Shown: positions 14,966 to 26,116, numbered from the stretch's first letter. The stretch is 64,000 nucleotides of DNA from an uncultured cyanobacterium (GCA_963710605.1 CAVQBA010000006.1:640001-704000); one strand, 5' to 3'. Notes: generated by a model not told the origin, from the sequence alone. Translations and numbers: made by a program.

Positions 14966-15553
14966 ATGTCCTCCCAATTTTATTCAGAAAGTGGCTCTTA
15001 TGATGATACTGAGATCGTCACTATTTATGATTATGAAGGGCGATCGCTAGATTGTTATATTGAAAATGAAATTGAATATACAAATACTATTTACGTACTG
15101 CTAATGCCGATCGATTTAGCGATCGTTATTTTAAAAGAGCAAAGTCCAACTCATCAGAATCTTGAAGAGGGGGAGACAGTTATTGTAGAAGATAGTGAAG
15201 AACTTAAACTAATTTTTGACGATGCTAAAGCAGTTTTAGGTGAGTTAAATCTTTATCTTAAACATACAGGATTTATGCTCAGTGCGAGTGGCGAATTACC
15301 ACCTTTAGAAGAAGAAAATATAATTAGTTTAGAACTTGATGAAAATGATGGTGAAATAGAAGGCGATGAATTACAATTTTTAGCTAGTTTTTATTCATCA
15401 AAACAAAAATATAATTTATATACTCCTCTAAGTCCACTTTTATTTATCGGCGAAAAAAGGAAAAGTGGAAAAATTCATATTTTTCAAGAAGATGACGATC
15501 GATTCTCCATCATTCTAGAAGAATTATTATTTGATGATTACGACGATCATTGA
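14966..15553 (+). CDS. DUF3727-family acidic cyanobacterial protein
   Basis: GRSLDCYIE, AKAVLGELNLYLKHT, LQFLASFY and YTPLSPLLF patterns. Confidence 0.75.
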   Translation: MSSQFYSESGSYDDTEIVTIYDYEGRSLDCYIENEIEYTNTIYVLLMPIDLAIVILKEQSPTHQNLEEGETVIVEDSEELKLIFDDAKAVLGELNLYLKHTGFMLSASGELPPLEEENIISLELDENDGEIEGDELQFLASFYSSKQKYNLYTPLSPLLFIGEKRKSGKIHIFQEDDDRFSIILEELLFDDYDDH

Positions 15554-15586
15554 TTGTCAATAATTATTTTAATTTTTTAATCATTA

Positions 15587-15610
15587 GTAGGGTGGGCAAT
15601 GCCCACCTTA
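15587..15610. repeat. REP-like palindrome GTAGGGTGGGCAATGCCCACCTTA between convergent genes
   Basis: Perfect GGTGGGCA/TGCCCACC stem with GTAG 5' tetranucleotide; may act as a bidirectional terminator. Confidence 0.75.
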
Positions 15611-15649
15611 ATTTTTTACTAATAGCAAACTGCTAAAAATCTAATTTAA

Positions 15650-16753
15650 TTAGGCTTGAGGTGCGACGAAGTTTTCCGAGCCTTCAATAACTTTAGCCTT
15701 AATTATTTTATCCTCAGCACTTAATTTTTCCAAGACATCAGCACCTTCGGTAACATAACCAAAAATAGCAAACCTACCATCCATTAAGTTATAACCAGGG
15801 GGAGTTACCTCAGTATCAAACTTAAAGAAGAAAAATTGAGACGAACCACCGTTAGGATTTGAGCTAGGACGAGCTAAAGCTACCGCACCATAGGCATTAA
15901 AAGGTAACACAGGTTGTGCTAAATACATTCCCACATCTTCTGTGGTAAAACCATAAATAGGTTCTGTTTCTCCTTCTACCAAAATTTCTAAAGGAATTGC
16001 TCTATATTCATTGGTTTTTGGATCAATAAATCCTTGTGCTTCTCCTTCTGGGTCACCTGTTTGAATTACATAAAAGTCTTCTGCACGACTAAACGGTAAA
16101 CCATCATAAAATTTACGCTCTACTAAATCAACAAAATTACCTCCTGTGATAGGAGCGCTATAACCATCAACAACAATAACTAAATTACCTTGTGTTGTTT
16201 CTACTTCTACTTTTGCTCTTCCTAACAATTGAGGCAAATTACTATATTCAATTGGCACTTCGTAAGGAAAACCAGTTACCATCGATTCTTCTAATTCAGT
16301 GATATAACCAAGTATTTTTTGGCGAGTAAGATAAACTTGCTCTTTTTTTTGGTTAGCTACGTATTCTTCTAACTCAGCGATATCATTTCTCATCGCTGTA
16401 ACTAATTCAGTCGCTCTTGGTTGTAATTCTTCAGGTACACTACTAACAATATCGCTTTCATGTAGTTTGAGTACAAATGCCGCATTACGAACTTCTTTTT
16501 CTACTGGCTTCCATCTTTTAGAGCGTAAATTACGGGCGATTTTTTCAATATCTGTTTGAATAGTTCTAATATCTTTATTTTCGATCGGTAAAGCATAACG
16601 TAAAATTGCTTTAGGATCTGTGATTGCATCACCTTGAGCTAATATCGCCTCGGCTGAGGGAATTCCTAAAGGATTAAGTGCGATCGCAGTAGTTATCACT
16701 AAGACAGTAGTTATAGTTAGACTGACAAAACGTTGCCACCAATTTAACTTCAT
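15650..16753 (-). CDS. Thylakoid lumen cyclophilin-type peptidyl-prolyl isomerase (TLP40/CYP38 homolog)
   Basis: Signal peptide, AILRYALPI helical domain, and DGYSAPITGGNFVDLV...QTGDP...SSQFFF cyclophilin domain. Confidence 0.9.
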   Translation of the reverse strand: MKLNWWQRFVSLTITTVLVITTAIALNPLGIPSAEAILAQGDAITDPKAILRYALPIENKDIRTIQTDIEKIARNLRSKRWKPVEKEVRNAAFVLKLHESDIVSSVPEELQPRATELVTAMRNDIAELEEYVANQKKEQVYLTRQKILGYITELEESMVTGFPYEVPIEYSNLPQLLGRAKVEVETTQGNLVIVVDGYSAPITGGNFVDLVERKFYDGLPFSRAEDFYVIQTGDPEGEAQGFIDPKTNEYRAIPLEILVEGETEPIYGFTTEDVGMYLAQPVLPFNAYGAVALARPSSNPNGGSSQFFFFKFDTEVTPPGYNLMDGRFAIFGYVTEGADVLEKLSAEDKIIKAKVIEGSENFVAPQA

Positions 16754-17062
16754 AGTTTTGTATTTTTATTGACTTTTTTTTCTTCAATGTTATCCATCAT
16801 TAATTATTTCACAAAAAAGTCAGTTACCTACCTTAGGTCGTCCATAACTTGAATCTAGATTACTTTTAAATAGAATTAACGATCGATTACGAGAATTGAT
16901 GATTAATGATTAACAAAAATACAATGTTCGCCTGTTGACTATTATTCGTAGTAATCTTTTAGGTAAGGTAAAAGGCTTTAATTACCTGTTGACTCTTCCT
17001 TTACCAAAGATTTTCGCGCTTAAGTAATAAGTAATAAATAATGAGTTAAAACCTAAATTTGT

Positions 17063-17150
17063 GATAAAGCCTCGCCTTTGAAGGCGAAAAGAAACACTCA
17101 CATATTTTCGGATTTTGAATCCTCTTCTATAAAGGTAGAGGTATTACTAA
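17063..17150 (+). mobile_element. Possible decayed IS200/IS605-derived minimal element (two subterminal hairpins, no ORF)
   Basis: AAAGCCTCGCCTTTGAAGGCG hairpin followed ~30 nt later by GAATCCTCTTCTATAAAGGTAGAGGTATTAC, resembling IS605-family left and right end palindromes. Confidence 0.4.
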
Positions 17151-17418
17151 TTACTCGTAAATCCTTTCTCTATATTGTTTCGCAATATTTTTGAAGACTG
17201 AAGTATTTTTTTTTGATGTTAAACAAAACAAACGTTCACTCCCAGATTAATCATTTTTATTTTCGGTAGTTATGAATGATGAGGTTGTACCGTAGATAAA
17301 AATCGATCGTTATTTTTTCAATAAACATAAACTTTTGTTGCGATTTATAAATAATCATGTTATATTTAAGTTAGTTGTTTGACACAACTGCATTTATAGT
17401 ATCTAAAAAAAAATCATC

Positions 17419-17562
17419 ATGGAAAACAAAACAGAAAAATTAGGTTTCACTAAAACCGCAGAAAACTGGAATGGTCGTTTAGCGATGTTAGGATTTGTAA
17501 TTGGCGTTGCAACTGAGTTCCTCACAGGACAAGGTATCTTATCTCAAATCGGTTTAATGTAA
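17419..17562 (+). CDS. hli: High-light-inducible protein (Hlip/Scp), 47 aa, missed by the ORF track
   Basis: MENKTEKLGFTKTAENWNGRLAMLGFVIGVATEFLTGQGILSQIGLM carries the ExxNGRLAM chlorophyll-binding motif. Confidence 0.95.
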   Translation: MENKTEKLGFTKTAENWNGRLAMLGFVIGVATEFLTGQGILSQIGLM

Positions 17563-17591
17563 TAAATTGAGTATCTACGTTTTAATTGAAA

Positions 17592-17720
17592 AGATAACTT
17601 CAGGTTTGGGTTATTAAAAATGTGAGCTCAATCATTAAATCGAAGAAACAAAATTGATAATTATTAATTTTCATTCTTCAAACCATAATTCACGCTGATA
17701 ATTCAAGCCTGAGGTTATCT
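17592..17720. mobile_element. MITE-like element with ~24-bp imperfect terminal inverted repeats
   Basis: AGATAACTTCAGGTTTGGGTTATTA ... TGATAATTCAAGCCTGAGGTTATCT; AT-rich non-coding interior. Confidence 0.6.
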
Positions 17721-17749
17721 AAATCAATTATACTAACATTCTATTTAAG

Positions 17750-17776
17750 AAGGGGCAATTTGCCCCTTACTTTTTT
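17750..17776 (+). terminator. Intrinsic terminator downstream of hli
   Basis: AAGGGGCA-ATT-TGCCCCTT hairpin followed by ACTTTTTT. Confidence 0.8.
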
Positions 17777-17970
17777 GTCTGTATTTATAGCAATTGATAG
17801 TTAATAATTAAATATACTGACTAATAGTTAGCTGTTGTAGTGCCTAATTTTTGACTATTAACTATTTATTTAATGTTGTAGCGGTTATTATCTTATTGAT
17901 CACCACAAATTTTTTTGATAACCAGAAGCTTTAAACTAAATGATTATTACTTAAATAAATTTTTTCGATC

Positions 17971-19140
17971 GTGATGATGTTAATTTTAGTTAGTTTGTCT
18001 TTAATAATTTGGCTTTATTTGATCGCAGGTAGAGGTGGTTTTTGGCTGAGTAATCAGTTTTTAGATACACAAGTCTCTCCATTAGTCAATCATAGTTTAA
18101 AAGTGACGGCAATTATACCTGCTAGAAATGAAGAGGAAAATATTTCAATTTGTTTAAATTCCTTACTTCAACAAGATTATCAAGGTGAATTCAAGATTGT
18201 TTTAATCGACGATCGTAGTGATGATAAAACTAAAGAAATTGCTCAACAAATAAAAGAAGAAAACGAAGCACGATCGCAACTAACAATTATTGATGGTCAA
18301 CCTTTAGCTAATGAATGGAGTGGTAAACTCTGGGCAATGAATCAAGGAATAGAATGGGCGATCGCAAATTTAGAAACTGATTATTTTTTATTAACTGATG
18401 CCGATATAAATCATAGTGCTGACAATTTGTCTTCATTAATAGCTAAAGCCGAACAAGAACAATTAGATTTAGTTTCTCTGATGGTTAAATTAAATTGTCA
18501 AAGTTTCTGGGAAAAGTTGCTAATTCCCGCTTTTATTTTCTTCTTCCAAAAATTATATCCTTTCAGTTTGGTCAATAAACCCCACAGAAAAATAGCAGCC
18601 GCCGCAGGAGGTTGTATTTTAATTCATTCAAAAGCTTTAGCAAGAATCGGTGGTATCGAATCACTTAAAACAGCTTTGATTGACGATTGTACTTTAGCAG
18701 ATTTAGTCAAAAAAAGTCTCCCTAACGATCGTGGTATTTGGTTAGGTTTAACGAATACGACTAAAAGTTTAAGAATGTATCATGATTTAACTCCGATTTG
18801 GGATCTGGTAGCACGTACCGCTTTTACTCAACTCAATTATTCTAACTTGCTACTTGTGGGTACTGTTATCGGGATGTTTATTACTTATTTGGTTTCACCT
18901 TTAGGGTTAATTTTCGGTTTGGTTACGGGGCATTATTTAATCGCTTTATTGGCTTTAATTACATTGGCTTTAATTAGTTTGAGCTATTATCCTACCGTCA
19001 AATTTTATCAGTTACCTTTATGGTATAGTTTTTTGCTCCCTGCGATCGCTTTGATGTATAGCTTGATGACGATCGATTCGGCACTGCGATATTGGCAAGG
19101 AAAAGGCGGTCAATGGAAAGGAAGAGTATATAATAATTGA
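17971..19140 (+). CDS. hpnB: Glycosyltransferase family 2, hopene-associated HpnB-like
   Basis: IIPARNE, WSGKLWAMNQG, LTDADI, AAAAGGCIL, ALIDDC, VARTAFTQL and GGQWKGR motifs. Confidence 0.8.
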   Translation: MMMLILVSLSLIIWLYLIAGRGGFWLSNQFLDTQVSPLVNHSLKVTAIIPARNEEENISICLNSLLQQDYQGEFKIVLIDDRSDDKTKEIAQQIKEENEARSQLTIIDGQPLANEWSGKLWAMNQGIEWAIANLETDYFLLTDADINHSADNLSSLIAKAEQEQLDLVSLMVKLNCQSFWEKLLIPAFIFFFQKLYPFSLVNKPHRKIAAAAGGCILIHSKALARIGGIESLKTALIDDCTLADLVKKSLPNDRGIWLGLTNTTKSLRMYHDLTPIWDLVARTAFTQLNYSNLLLVGTVIGMFITYLVSPLGLIFGLVTGHYLIALLALITLALISLSYYPTVKFYQLPLWYSFLLPAIALMYSLMTIDSALRYWQGKGGQWKGRVYNN

Positions 19141-19289
19141 GAATTGTTCAGTGCGAGAATAAACCCAACAGTTAAAAAAAATAAAAAGTTAATCATCGGT
19201 TACTATTAAATCGTGAATGAATGGGATTCGATAATAAATTCATACCTACAGACTAATACATGGAATAAGCATTATTATTACGATCGTCT

Positions 19290-19425
19290 TATACCAGTTC
19301 AAATAAAATTTGCAACAGTTTATCTAAACAAGTCCTAGAAAAATAAAAGCGAAGCATCTATACTTCCTCCCCCTTTCAAAGGGGGATAGAGGGGGATAAG
19401 GATTTAGGGGGCTTGCTTAATCTGC
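19290..19425. repeat. Decayed MITE-like element carrying the G/C-rich dispersed repeat CCTCCCCTTTCAAAGGGGGATAGAGGGGGAT
   Basis: CCCCTTT/AAAGGGG hairpin plus G tract at ~19366-19397, same family as the inserts in the chelatase gene; flanking imperfect IR TAAACAAGTCCT / GGGGCTTGCTTA. Confidence 0.6.
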
Positions 19426-19514
19426 TTATTTTGTTCGTAATAATTTATCGACAAACTATTTTCTCGAACAAAACAGTAAATTTTGTATAATCAAGAGGAT
19501 AAGGAGTTTTTTAT

Positions 19515-20138
19515 ATGAATATCGAGTTATGGCTGATTAATCCCAATCGTGAAATGTGTGCAGAATTTAGACGAAGTTTCTCAGCTTTACCCTATCATCA
19601 AGTCATTCAATCTAAATTTGAAAAATTAGAACCACATGATTGTTTTGTAACTGCGGGTAATTCTTTCGGAATTATGAATGCAGGAATAGATGCGGCGGTT
19701 GTTGCATTTCATGGCAAAGAATTAATGAATAGAATTCAACATAGAATTATTACAGAATATTTAGGCGAACAACCTGTCGGTACTTGTTTTATTGAATCGA
19801 CTAATAATCCTCAATATCCTTTTGTTGCTCACTCTCCTACTATGCGTGTTCCTTGTGGTATCGATCGAACAGATAAAGTTTATAATGCTACGTGGGCGGC
19901 TTTAACTGCAATTCACCGTCATAATAACTCAGCCAACCAGAAAAGAAAAATCAAAACAGTGGTATTTCCTGCAATGGGTGCAGGATATGGTGGAGTGCCT
20001 TATGCTGAAGTTGCCAGACAGATGGCTGTTGCTTACAAACATTATTTACATCCTCCAGATAAACTCGATTGGGATGTGGTTGTCGCTAAGAATAAAACTA
20101 TTATGTACAACGATCAAAATAAAAAAATTGTTAGGTAA
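19515..20138 (+). CDS. Macro domain (ADP-ribose binding/hydrolase) protein
   Basis: VTAGNSFGIMNAGIDAA, GEQPVGT, HSPTMRVP and VFPAMGAGYGG are macro-fold motifs; AAGGAG RBS upstream. Confidence 0.85.
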   Translation: MNIELWLINPNREMCAEFRRSFSALPYHQVIQSKFEKLEPHDCFVTAGNSFGIMNAGIDAAVVAFHGKELMNRIQHRIITEYLGEQPVGTCFIESTNNPQYPFVAHSPTMRVPCGIDRTDKVYNATWAALTAIHRHNNSANQKRKIKTVVFPAMGAGYGGVPYAEVARQMAVAYKHYLHPPDKLDWDVVVAKNKTIMYNDQNKKIVR

Positions 20139-21380
20139 GTTATTTGATACTATAGGTTCCAGAGCATCATTAACATATTCAGTGCGATTACGTTATGAAG
20201 GTTGGGTTACTTTTCAAATGTATTCTTCTTTTCAAATCATTCAAGGCTAACTCAGCTTACAACCCAACATCGTATTACTTTAAGGGTGAGTTTAGCTACA
20301 GCCTAATAATCGTGCGTAGATTAATTCAATTATATTTTTTCCATAAATTATTCTTGAATATCCTCTGGTAAAGGCATATCACCGTTGATTCAATATATTT
20401 TAATAATTTTTGTTTAGTTTTAATTGTTTTAGATCTAATGGTTTGCCCGTAAATTAACCCCCGCAATTAGATGTACCAATTGCATCCCATAGTAATCGCT
20501 GGAGTTAAAGGAGAATTTGTCATTAAAGCTGATGCGTTTTCCTGCATTTAGTTGTATGTAATCCAAAATCATTATCATCTGTAAGAGGAATATATTTTTT
20601 TTGGTTGTAGTCATTAATTTAATATATGACTTAGTCAATCGTTGGGACATAATTTGCTGATAATTATTTCAGATATCGTTAATGCGTTACGAATATTTTT
20701 TTTGGCAGAAAAATATTCAAGATTTACTTTTAATCCTCGGAAAGATGTCTTTAAAAGCATCTTCAATGCAAGATTTGATAATTCATTTTTTAAGTGTTTT
20801 CAATAGTTTGTAACAATCTTTGGAACTTCTATAATTTTATTTGAAATATCAAACGTATTTTTTTTATTTATATGAACCTATCATTCTAAAAAGTTTTATC
20901 GTAATCCACATATGAATCACCGCCAACCGACAATAAAATATGAAAGAAAGTTGGGTAGTCTTTCCCACTGAAATAATAGGGGACACAGATTCGATACAGA
21001 ATCACGCGACACCCAACAAGTTGAAAAAGAATAAGGACGTTAATCTGTATGGGTTACGTCCCTTATGTGTGAATGAATTGATTGAAGTTGCGATTTTGAA
21101 AAATGACCTCGGTTTTCCTCAAAATCCTTGTTTTTAGCTGAACTTTATTAATACAATGTTTTAACCAACTCGATTGTTGCTATATGTAAAGTATTTTTAT
21201 TAGATTTAAGTCTCTAGATCAATTTAAAATACATGAATTTCAGTTTAATTTATTAAACGGTATTTATGAGCCTTGTCAATTCATTGCAAGGCGGTTTTAT
21301 GTTCTTCTTTTTACTATTATTTATACTTTCTCAAACTTAATTTAAACAACTATATAAGCGACAATATCCACAACAAACAA

Positions 21381-21418
21381 AAAACCCCTAACCGACAATA
21401 GTTAATCGATTAGGAGTT
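21381..21418 (-). terminator. Probable terminator after rpmE
   Basis: CCTAACCGA...TCGATTAGG imperfect hairpin with adjacent A tract (U tract on the minus strand). Confidence 0.55.
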
Positions 21419-21444
21419 ATGTAGAAAAAAGCAAAATTTTAAAT

Positions 21445-21711
21445 TTACTCTTGCTCTTGTTGCTCTGATTCGTTTGCTTCTTCTTCGGTTTTCTTTTTGC
21501 CACCGCTAAGCATTCCGTACTTACGTAAGAAACGATCGACTCTTCCTTCACTATCAATAATCTTTTGAGTACCAGTGTAAAAAGGATGATTACCAGACCA
21601 TACCTCTACATTGATTTCAGGTTGAGTAGAACCAACACGCATAACTTCTTCGCCGTTACAAATTACTTTGGCATCAGGGTACCATTCTGGATGAATTTCT
21701 TTCTTAGGCAT
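21445..21711 (-). CDS. rpmE: 50S ribosomal protein L31
   Basis: MPKKEIHPEWY...VWSGNHPFYTG...GRVDRF. Confidence 0.97.
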   Translation of the reverse strand: MPKKEIHPEWYPDAKVICNGEEVMRVGSTQPEINVEVWSGNHPFYTGTQKIIDSEGRVDRFLRKYGMLSGGKKKTEEEANESEQQEQE

Positions 21712-21761
21712 CTAAATTTCTCCGCAAAATGTGAATATAAACTATAAAAATGAAAAATAAA

Positions 21762-22160
21762 TTAACGTTTAGAGAACTGAGGTGCTTTACGAGCCTTACG
21801 TAAACCGTATTTTTTACGCTCTTTAGCACGGGGGTCTCTTGTTAAATAACCTTCTGCTTTTAAAGGTTGACGATTTTCAGGATCTAACTCACATAAAGCT
21901 CTAGCTACTCCTAATTTAATCGCATCAGATTGACCAGTCAAACCACCACCATGAGCTCTAACAATAATGTTATACTCACTCTCTAAACCTAATGTTTCTA
22001 AAGGTGATTTGAGAGCTTGAATATAACTGTCAATTTTTTGAAAATAATCAACACCTGGTTTTTGGTTAACCGTAATTTCTCCACTACCTGGTACAAGACG
22101 AACTCTAGCCACTGAAGACTTACGACGACCTGTACCCATATAAACTACTTGATCTGCCAT
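21762..22160 (-). CDS. rpsI: 30S ribosomal protein S9
   Basis: [12 protein letters not shown]...[20 protein letters not shown]. Confidence 0.99.
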   Translation of the reverse strand: MADQVVYMGTGRRKSSVARVRLVPGSGEITVNQKPGVDYFQKIDSYIQALKSPLETLGLESEYNIIVRAHGGGLTGQSDAIKLGVARALCELDPENRQPLKAEGYLTRDPRAKERKKYGLRKARKAPQFSKR

Positions 22161-22615
22161 TATTTATTTCCTCCTGGAATAGTAACAATATTTAAAACTT
22201 CTGGTTTTTGGGCTTCATGAGGATGATTAGCACCTGTATAAACTTTCAAATTAGTGAATAGATTTCTACCTAAAGTATTTTTAGGTAACATACCTTTAAC
22301 TGCTTTTTCGATAATTCTTTCAGGAATTCGGTTTTGTAAAGTAGCAAAAGTTTCTTCTTTCATACCACCAGGACGACCAGAATGACGGCGATATAGTTTT
22401 TGCTCGCTTTTTTTACCTGTAACTACTACTTTTTCAGCATTAATAACGATAACGTAATCTCCTGTTTCTAAGTGAGGAGTATAAGTTGGCTTATTTTTTC
22501 CTCTCAAAATATTGGCAATTTGGGTAGCTAAACGTCCTAAGCGTTGATCTTCAGCATCAACTACATACCACTTTCTTTCGATACTATCTAATGTAGGAAC
22601 TAGTGTTTTATTCAT
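22160..22615 (-). CDS. rplM: 50S ribosomal protein L13
   Basis: WYVVDA...LGRLA...[10 protein letters not shown]...HPHEAQKP. Confidence 0.99.
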   Translation of the reverse strand: MNKTLVPTLDSIERKWYVVDAEDQRLGRLATQIANILRGKNKPTYTPHLETGDYVIVINAEKVVVTGKKSEQKLYRRHSGRPGGMKEETFATLQNRIPERIIEKAVKGMLPKNTLGRNLFTNLKVYTGANHPHEAQKPEVLNIVTIPGGNK

Positions 22616-22632
22616 TTTTGTAATGATAATTT

Positions 22633-23451
22633 TTAATTAAAAGTAAAAATAGGTTGGGAATTTAACCAAGCTGATTCGGGAATGGGAAATTCTGGATAAC
22701 CTACTCTTAACAAACACAAACCTTTGGCGGGGGCAGAGTATTTAACTAAGTCTCGACGACGATCGCTCCAAATTTGACGAAATTCGCTGACCGATTTTTT
22801 TCCTGCACCCACTTCTACTAACATTCCTACTAATAACCTCACCATACCGTACAAAAAACCACTAGCTTGTATTTCAATATTAAGTATCTCGTGATACCGA
22901 GTACAACTAACTAATTGCATCTCTAAAAATGAGTGAGAACGAGAAGAACCAGTTCGTCTAAAGGCACTAAAGTCGTGTACTCCTAATAATGAATCCAAGG
23001 CTTCTTGAATCAACGATCGATCTAAAGGCTTATAATAATAATGCCAAGTAAAAGGCTGTAAAAATAGATTGGGCTGATTGCCCGTATATATTGTATAACG
23101 ATAACGTCTCCACAAAGCTCCAAAACAAGCGTGCCAATCGTCCCCTACTTGAGCTGAAGCTCGAATCAAAACGTCATCTGCTAAATGAGCGTTAATAACT
23201 TTAGCCCAATGGGTGGGGGGAATGGGTGAGTTTACATCAAAATGAGCTACTTGAGCCGCTCCATGTACTCCACTATCTGTTCTTCCTGCTCCGTGAATAA
23301 CAATCTTTTTGTTAACGATTTGGTAAATAGCATCTTCAATTTCTCCTTGAACACTCCGTTGGGCGGGCTGTCTTTGCCAACCACAAAAGTTAGCTCCAAA
23401 ATATTGAATAACGATGACAATTCTAGTAGTTGTTAAAGAAGTATTATTCAT
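22633..23451 (-). CDS. truA: tRNA pseudouridine(38-40) synthase
   Basis: [22 protein letters not shown] and SAPAKGLCL motifs. Confidence 0.97.
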   Translation of the reverse strand: MNNTSLTTTRIVIVIQYFGANFCGWQRQPAQRSVQGEIEDAIYQIVNKKIVIHGAGRTDSGVHGAAQVAHFDVNSPIPPTHWAKVINAHLADDVLIRASAQVGDDWHACFGALWRRYRYTIYTGNQPNLFLQPFTWHYYYKPLDRSLIQEALDSLLGVHDFSAFRRTGSSRSHSFLEMQLVSCTRYHEILNIEIQASGFLYGMVRLLVGMLVEVGAGKKSVSEFRQIWSDRRRDLVKYSAPAKGLCLLRVGYPEFPIPESAWLNSQPIFTFN

Positions 23452-23476
23452 CAAGGGAGACGAAACTCAGTACTAA

Positions 23477-23827
23477 TTAAATTAATTGAATAATTGCCAT
23501 TGGGGCATTATCACCACGACGACTTTTTGTCCGTAATAAACGGGTATAGCCGCCATTACGAGTCGCATAACGTTCTTTGGCTTTAGCAAAAGTATCATTA
23601 ACTAAGTCTTTGTCATAGACATAAGCTAATGCTTTTCTTCTGGCACTAACAGAACCATCTTTAGCTAAAGTGATAATTTTATCGGCTGTCGTACGAACAG
23701 CTCTTGCTCTTGCTTTGGTGGTGACAATTTCACCTTCTCTTAGTAATTGGGTTGTTAAAGCTCTTAAAAGGGCTTTACGTTGGTCTGCTGGTAAACCCAA
23801 CCGAGCTACTTTACAACGATGTCGCAT
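23477..23827 (-). CDS. rplQ: 50S ribosomal protein L17
   Basis: MRHRCKV...RNGGYTR...RRGDNAPMA. Confidence 0.98.
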   Translation of the reverse strand: MRHRCKVARLGLPADQRKALLRALTTQLLREGEIVTTKARARAVRTTADKIITLAKDGSVSARRKALAYVYDKDLVNDTFAKAKERYATRNGGYTRLLRTKSRRGDNAPMAIIQLI

Positions 23828-24021
23828 CAATTTCCTCCTTGGTAAACGTATGTTATCGATGAAAAAATGTAATCATAATGAAGTCGTAATGTTTAAATTT
23901 ACAACTTCTTCTTACTAATATAAAATTATCTCTTTAATAGACACCATAAATTTCACGACACAAAGACGTGAAGAATAGCTAAATAATTATCGAGATAAAA
24001 ACTACTTAAATATAAATAAAT

Positions 24022-25017
24022 CTAAGGAGTTGAAACTGCTTCAGTACTTTGAATTAAATCCCCTGATGGAGGATCTTTCATCTTTCCTTCCCCTAAAGTA
24101 ATTCCTAAACGTTCTTTTAAAGCTTCGATTACTTCCTCTGCTGATTTTTGTCCGAAGTTTTTAATTTCTAACAAATCATCTTGAGAGTATTCTAGTAAGT
24201 CAGCAACAGTATTAATTTGGGCTCTTTTGAGGCAGTTATAAGCACGAACAGACAGGTTTAGTTCTTCGATCGGAATTTGGCTTGCTGGATCTTCTGGTTC
24301 TTCTTGCTCTTCTGGTTGACCTGTAATCGTTGTCGCATCCGTTAACGGAGAATACAGTTCTACCAATATTTCTGAGGCTGAAGACAGAGCTTCCTCTGGT
24401 TTGATACTACCATTAGTCCAGATATCCAAAATTAAGCGATCGGCATCTGCCGCATCACCTTCATAACTGATTTCTTCCACTGTGAAATTTACTTTTGATA
24501 CAGGCATAAATACCGAATCAATTTGCAAAAAGTCAAGAGAACTATTTTCATCTTTACCTTTTTTCACAGCTCGATAGCCTTTTCCTTTCTCTACCCTAAA
24601 TTCCATCTCTAATTTTGCCCCTTTACTTAGGGTACAAATATACTGGCTAGGTTCGACTACTTCTATTTCCGAAGGAAGATCAAATTGTGCGGCGGTTACA
24701 CTCACAGGACCTGTTGCTACTAAACGACCGATTTGCGGTGTCGGGCTGTAGCTTTTAAACACAACTCCTTTCATATTGAGCATAATTTCCAACACATCTT
24801 CTCTGACCCCTTCGACAACAGCAAATTCGTGGTTGACACCAGAAATTCTGACGGCAGTTACGGCGGCACCTTCTAAGTTAGATAAAAGAACTCTTCGCAA
24901 GGAATTACCCATCGTTATACCTTGTCCTCTTTCTAGAGGTTCAAGGACAAACTTACCATATTGACCTTGGTTTTTTTGAGTCTTATTTACTAAGCAGTCT
25001 ATTTTAAACACAGGCAC
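24022..25017 (-). CDS. rpoA: RNA polymerase alpha subunit
   Basis: LEPLERGQGITMGNSLRRVLLS and LSVRAYNCLKRA motifs; GTG start at 25017 preferred. Confidence 0.98.
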   Translation of the reverse strand: MPVFKIDCLVNKTQKNQGQYGKFVLEPLERGQGITMGNSLRRVLLSNLEGAAVTAVRISGVNHEFAVVEGVREDVLEIMLNMKGVVFKSYSPTPQIGRLVATGPVSVTAAQFDLPSEIEVVEPSQYICTLSKGAKLEMEFRVEKGKGYRAVKKGKDENSSLDFLQIDSVFMPVSKVNFTVEEISYEGDAADADRLILDIWTNGSIKPEEALSSASEILVELYSPLTDATTITGQPEEQEEPEDPASQIPIEELNLSVRAYNCLKRAQINTVADLLEYSQDDLLEIKNFGQKSAEEVIEALKERLGITLGEGKMKDPPSGDLIQSTEAVSTP

Positions 25018-25158
25018 AGTAGTTATTCTCTTAATTGATCGCTTTCGGGTTTTGGATTTGATACTTTCCAAATAAGTCACTCAATTTTTTAGCAATAGTT
25101 TGCCGACTTAACATCTATATTGAGTTGGTTATTATCGATTAAATATAATAATTATAGT

Positions 25159-25551
25159 TTAGACTCTACGTCTTTTTGGTGGACGACAGCCGTTGTGCGG
25201 AATGGGAGTGATATCACGAATTAAAGTAATCTCTAATCCTGCTCCTTGTAAGGCTCTGATTGCGGTTTCTCTACCTGCACCAGGACCACTTACCATCACT
25301 TCCACTTGTTTCATTCCATTATCCATTGCAGTACGTGCAGCACTATCTGCGGCGGTTTGAGCGGCGAAAGGAGTTCCTTTTTTTGCTCCTTTAAAACCAC
25401 TAGAACCAGCAGTTGCCCACGAAATTACGTTACCTGTAATATCAGTAATCGTCACAATGGTATTATTGAAAGTTGACTTTATATAAGCAACTCCACTAGG
25501 AATGTTTTTTTTCTGTTTTTTGGCTCCTCCCCTTTTTGTTGGTTTTGCCAT
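25159..25551 (-). CDS. rpsK: 30S ribosomal protein S11
   Basis: STFNNTIVT...KKGTPFAAQ...[12 protein letters not shown]. Confidence 0.99.
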   Translation of the reverse strand: MAKPTKRGGAKKQKKNIPSGVAYIKSTFNNTIVTITDITGNVISWATAGSSGFKGAKKGTPFAAQTAADSAARTAMDNGMKQVEVMVSGPGAGRETAIRALQGAGLEITLIRDITPIPHNGCRPPKRRRV

Positions 25552-25738
25552 GAGCAATCTACCTCTATTATTTTAGTTTTGTTAATTTTGCGAGCGATAA
25601 TTCCACAATTAATCATTTTGATTGACTAAATAAGTAAAATCATCGTATTTTTTTAAGATGACGACACCGTTGTGTTGACATTATTTGTGGTAGTGATTCA
25701 CAGAAAATTTAGGGTTATTAATTAACTGTTGAATTTAT

Positions 25739-26116
25739 TTATTTCTTAGGAGCTTTTTTCTTACCTGCAATGGTTACTTTACGTCCTCTTCTGGTTCTAC
25801 CATTAGTTTTAGTTCTTTGTCCTCTAACAGGTAATCCCTGACGATGACGACGACCTCTGTAAGTACCAATATCGCCTAGACGCTTGATGTTCATCGCTTC
25901 TAAACGACGTAAATCACCTTCTATTTGATAATTTTCGATTTCGCCTCTAAGTTTAGCTATATCTTCATCACTCAAATCTCTAACACGAGTATCGGGGTTA
26001 ACTCCTGCTTTTTCAATAATTTTTTGTGAAGTATTTAAGCCGATACCATAGAGGTAAGTTAGCCCTATTTCTACTCGTTTATCACGAGGTAAATCAATCC
26101 CGGATATCCTTGCCAT
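25739..26116 (-). CDS. rpsM: 30S ribosomal protein S13
   Basis: [10 protein letters not shown]...[12 protein letters not shown]. Confidence 0.99.
   Translation of the reverse strand: MARISGIDLPRDKRVEIGLTYLYGIGLNTSQKIIEKAGVNPDTRVRDLSDEDIAKLRGEIENYQIEGDLRRLEAMNIKRLGDIGTYRGRRHRQGLPVRGQRTKTNGRTRRGRKVTIAGKKKAPKK

Noticed and set aside
17336-17355. HLR1/RpaB box upstream of hli
   Set aside because: Expected biologically, but only a degenerate match (TTTATAAA-TC-GCAACAAA on the minus strand) in AT-rich DNA.
19978-21137. ORFs 19978-20250, 20435-20650 and 20940-21137 as genes
   Set aside because: Short, overlapping or motif-less; treated as chance frames or pieces of decayed DNA.
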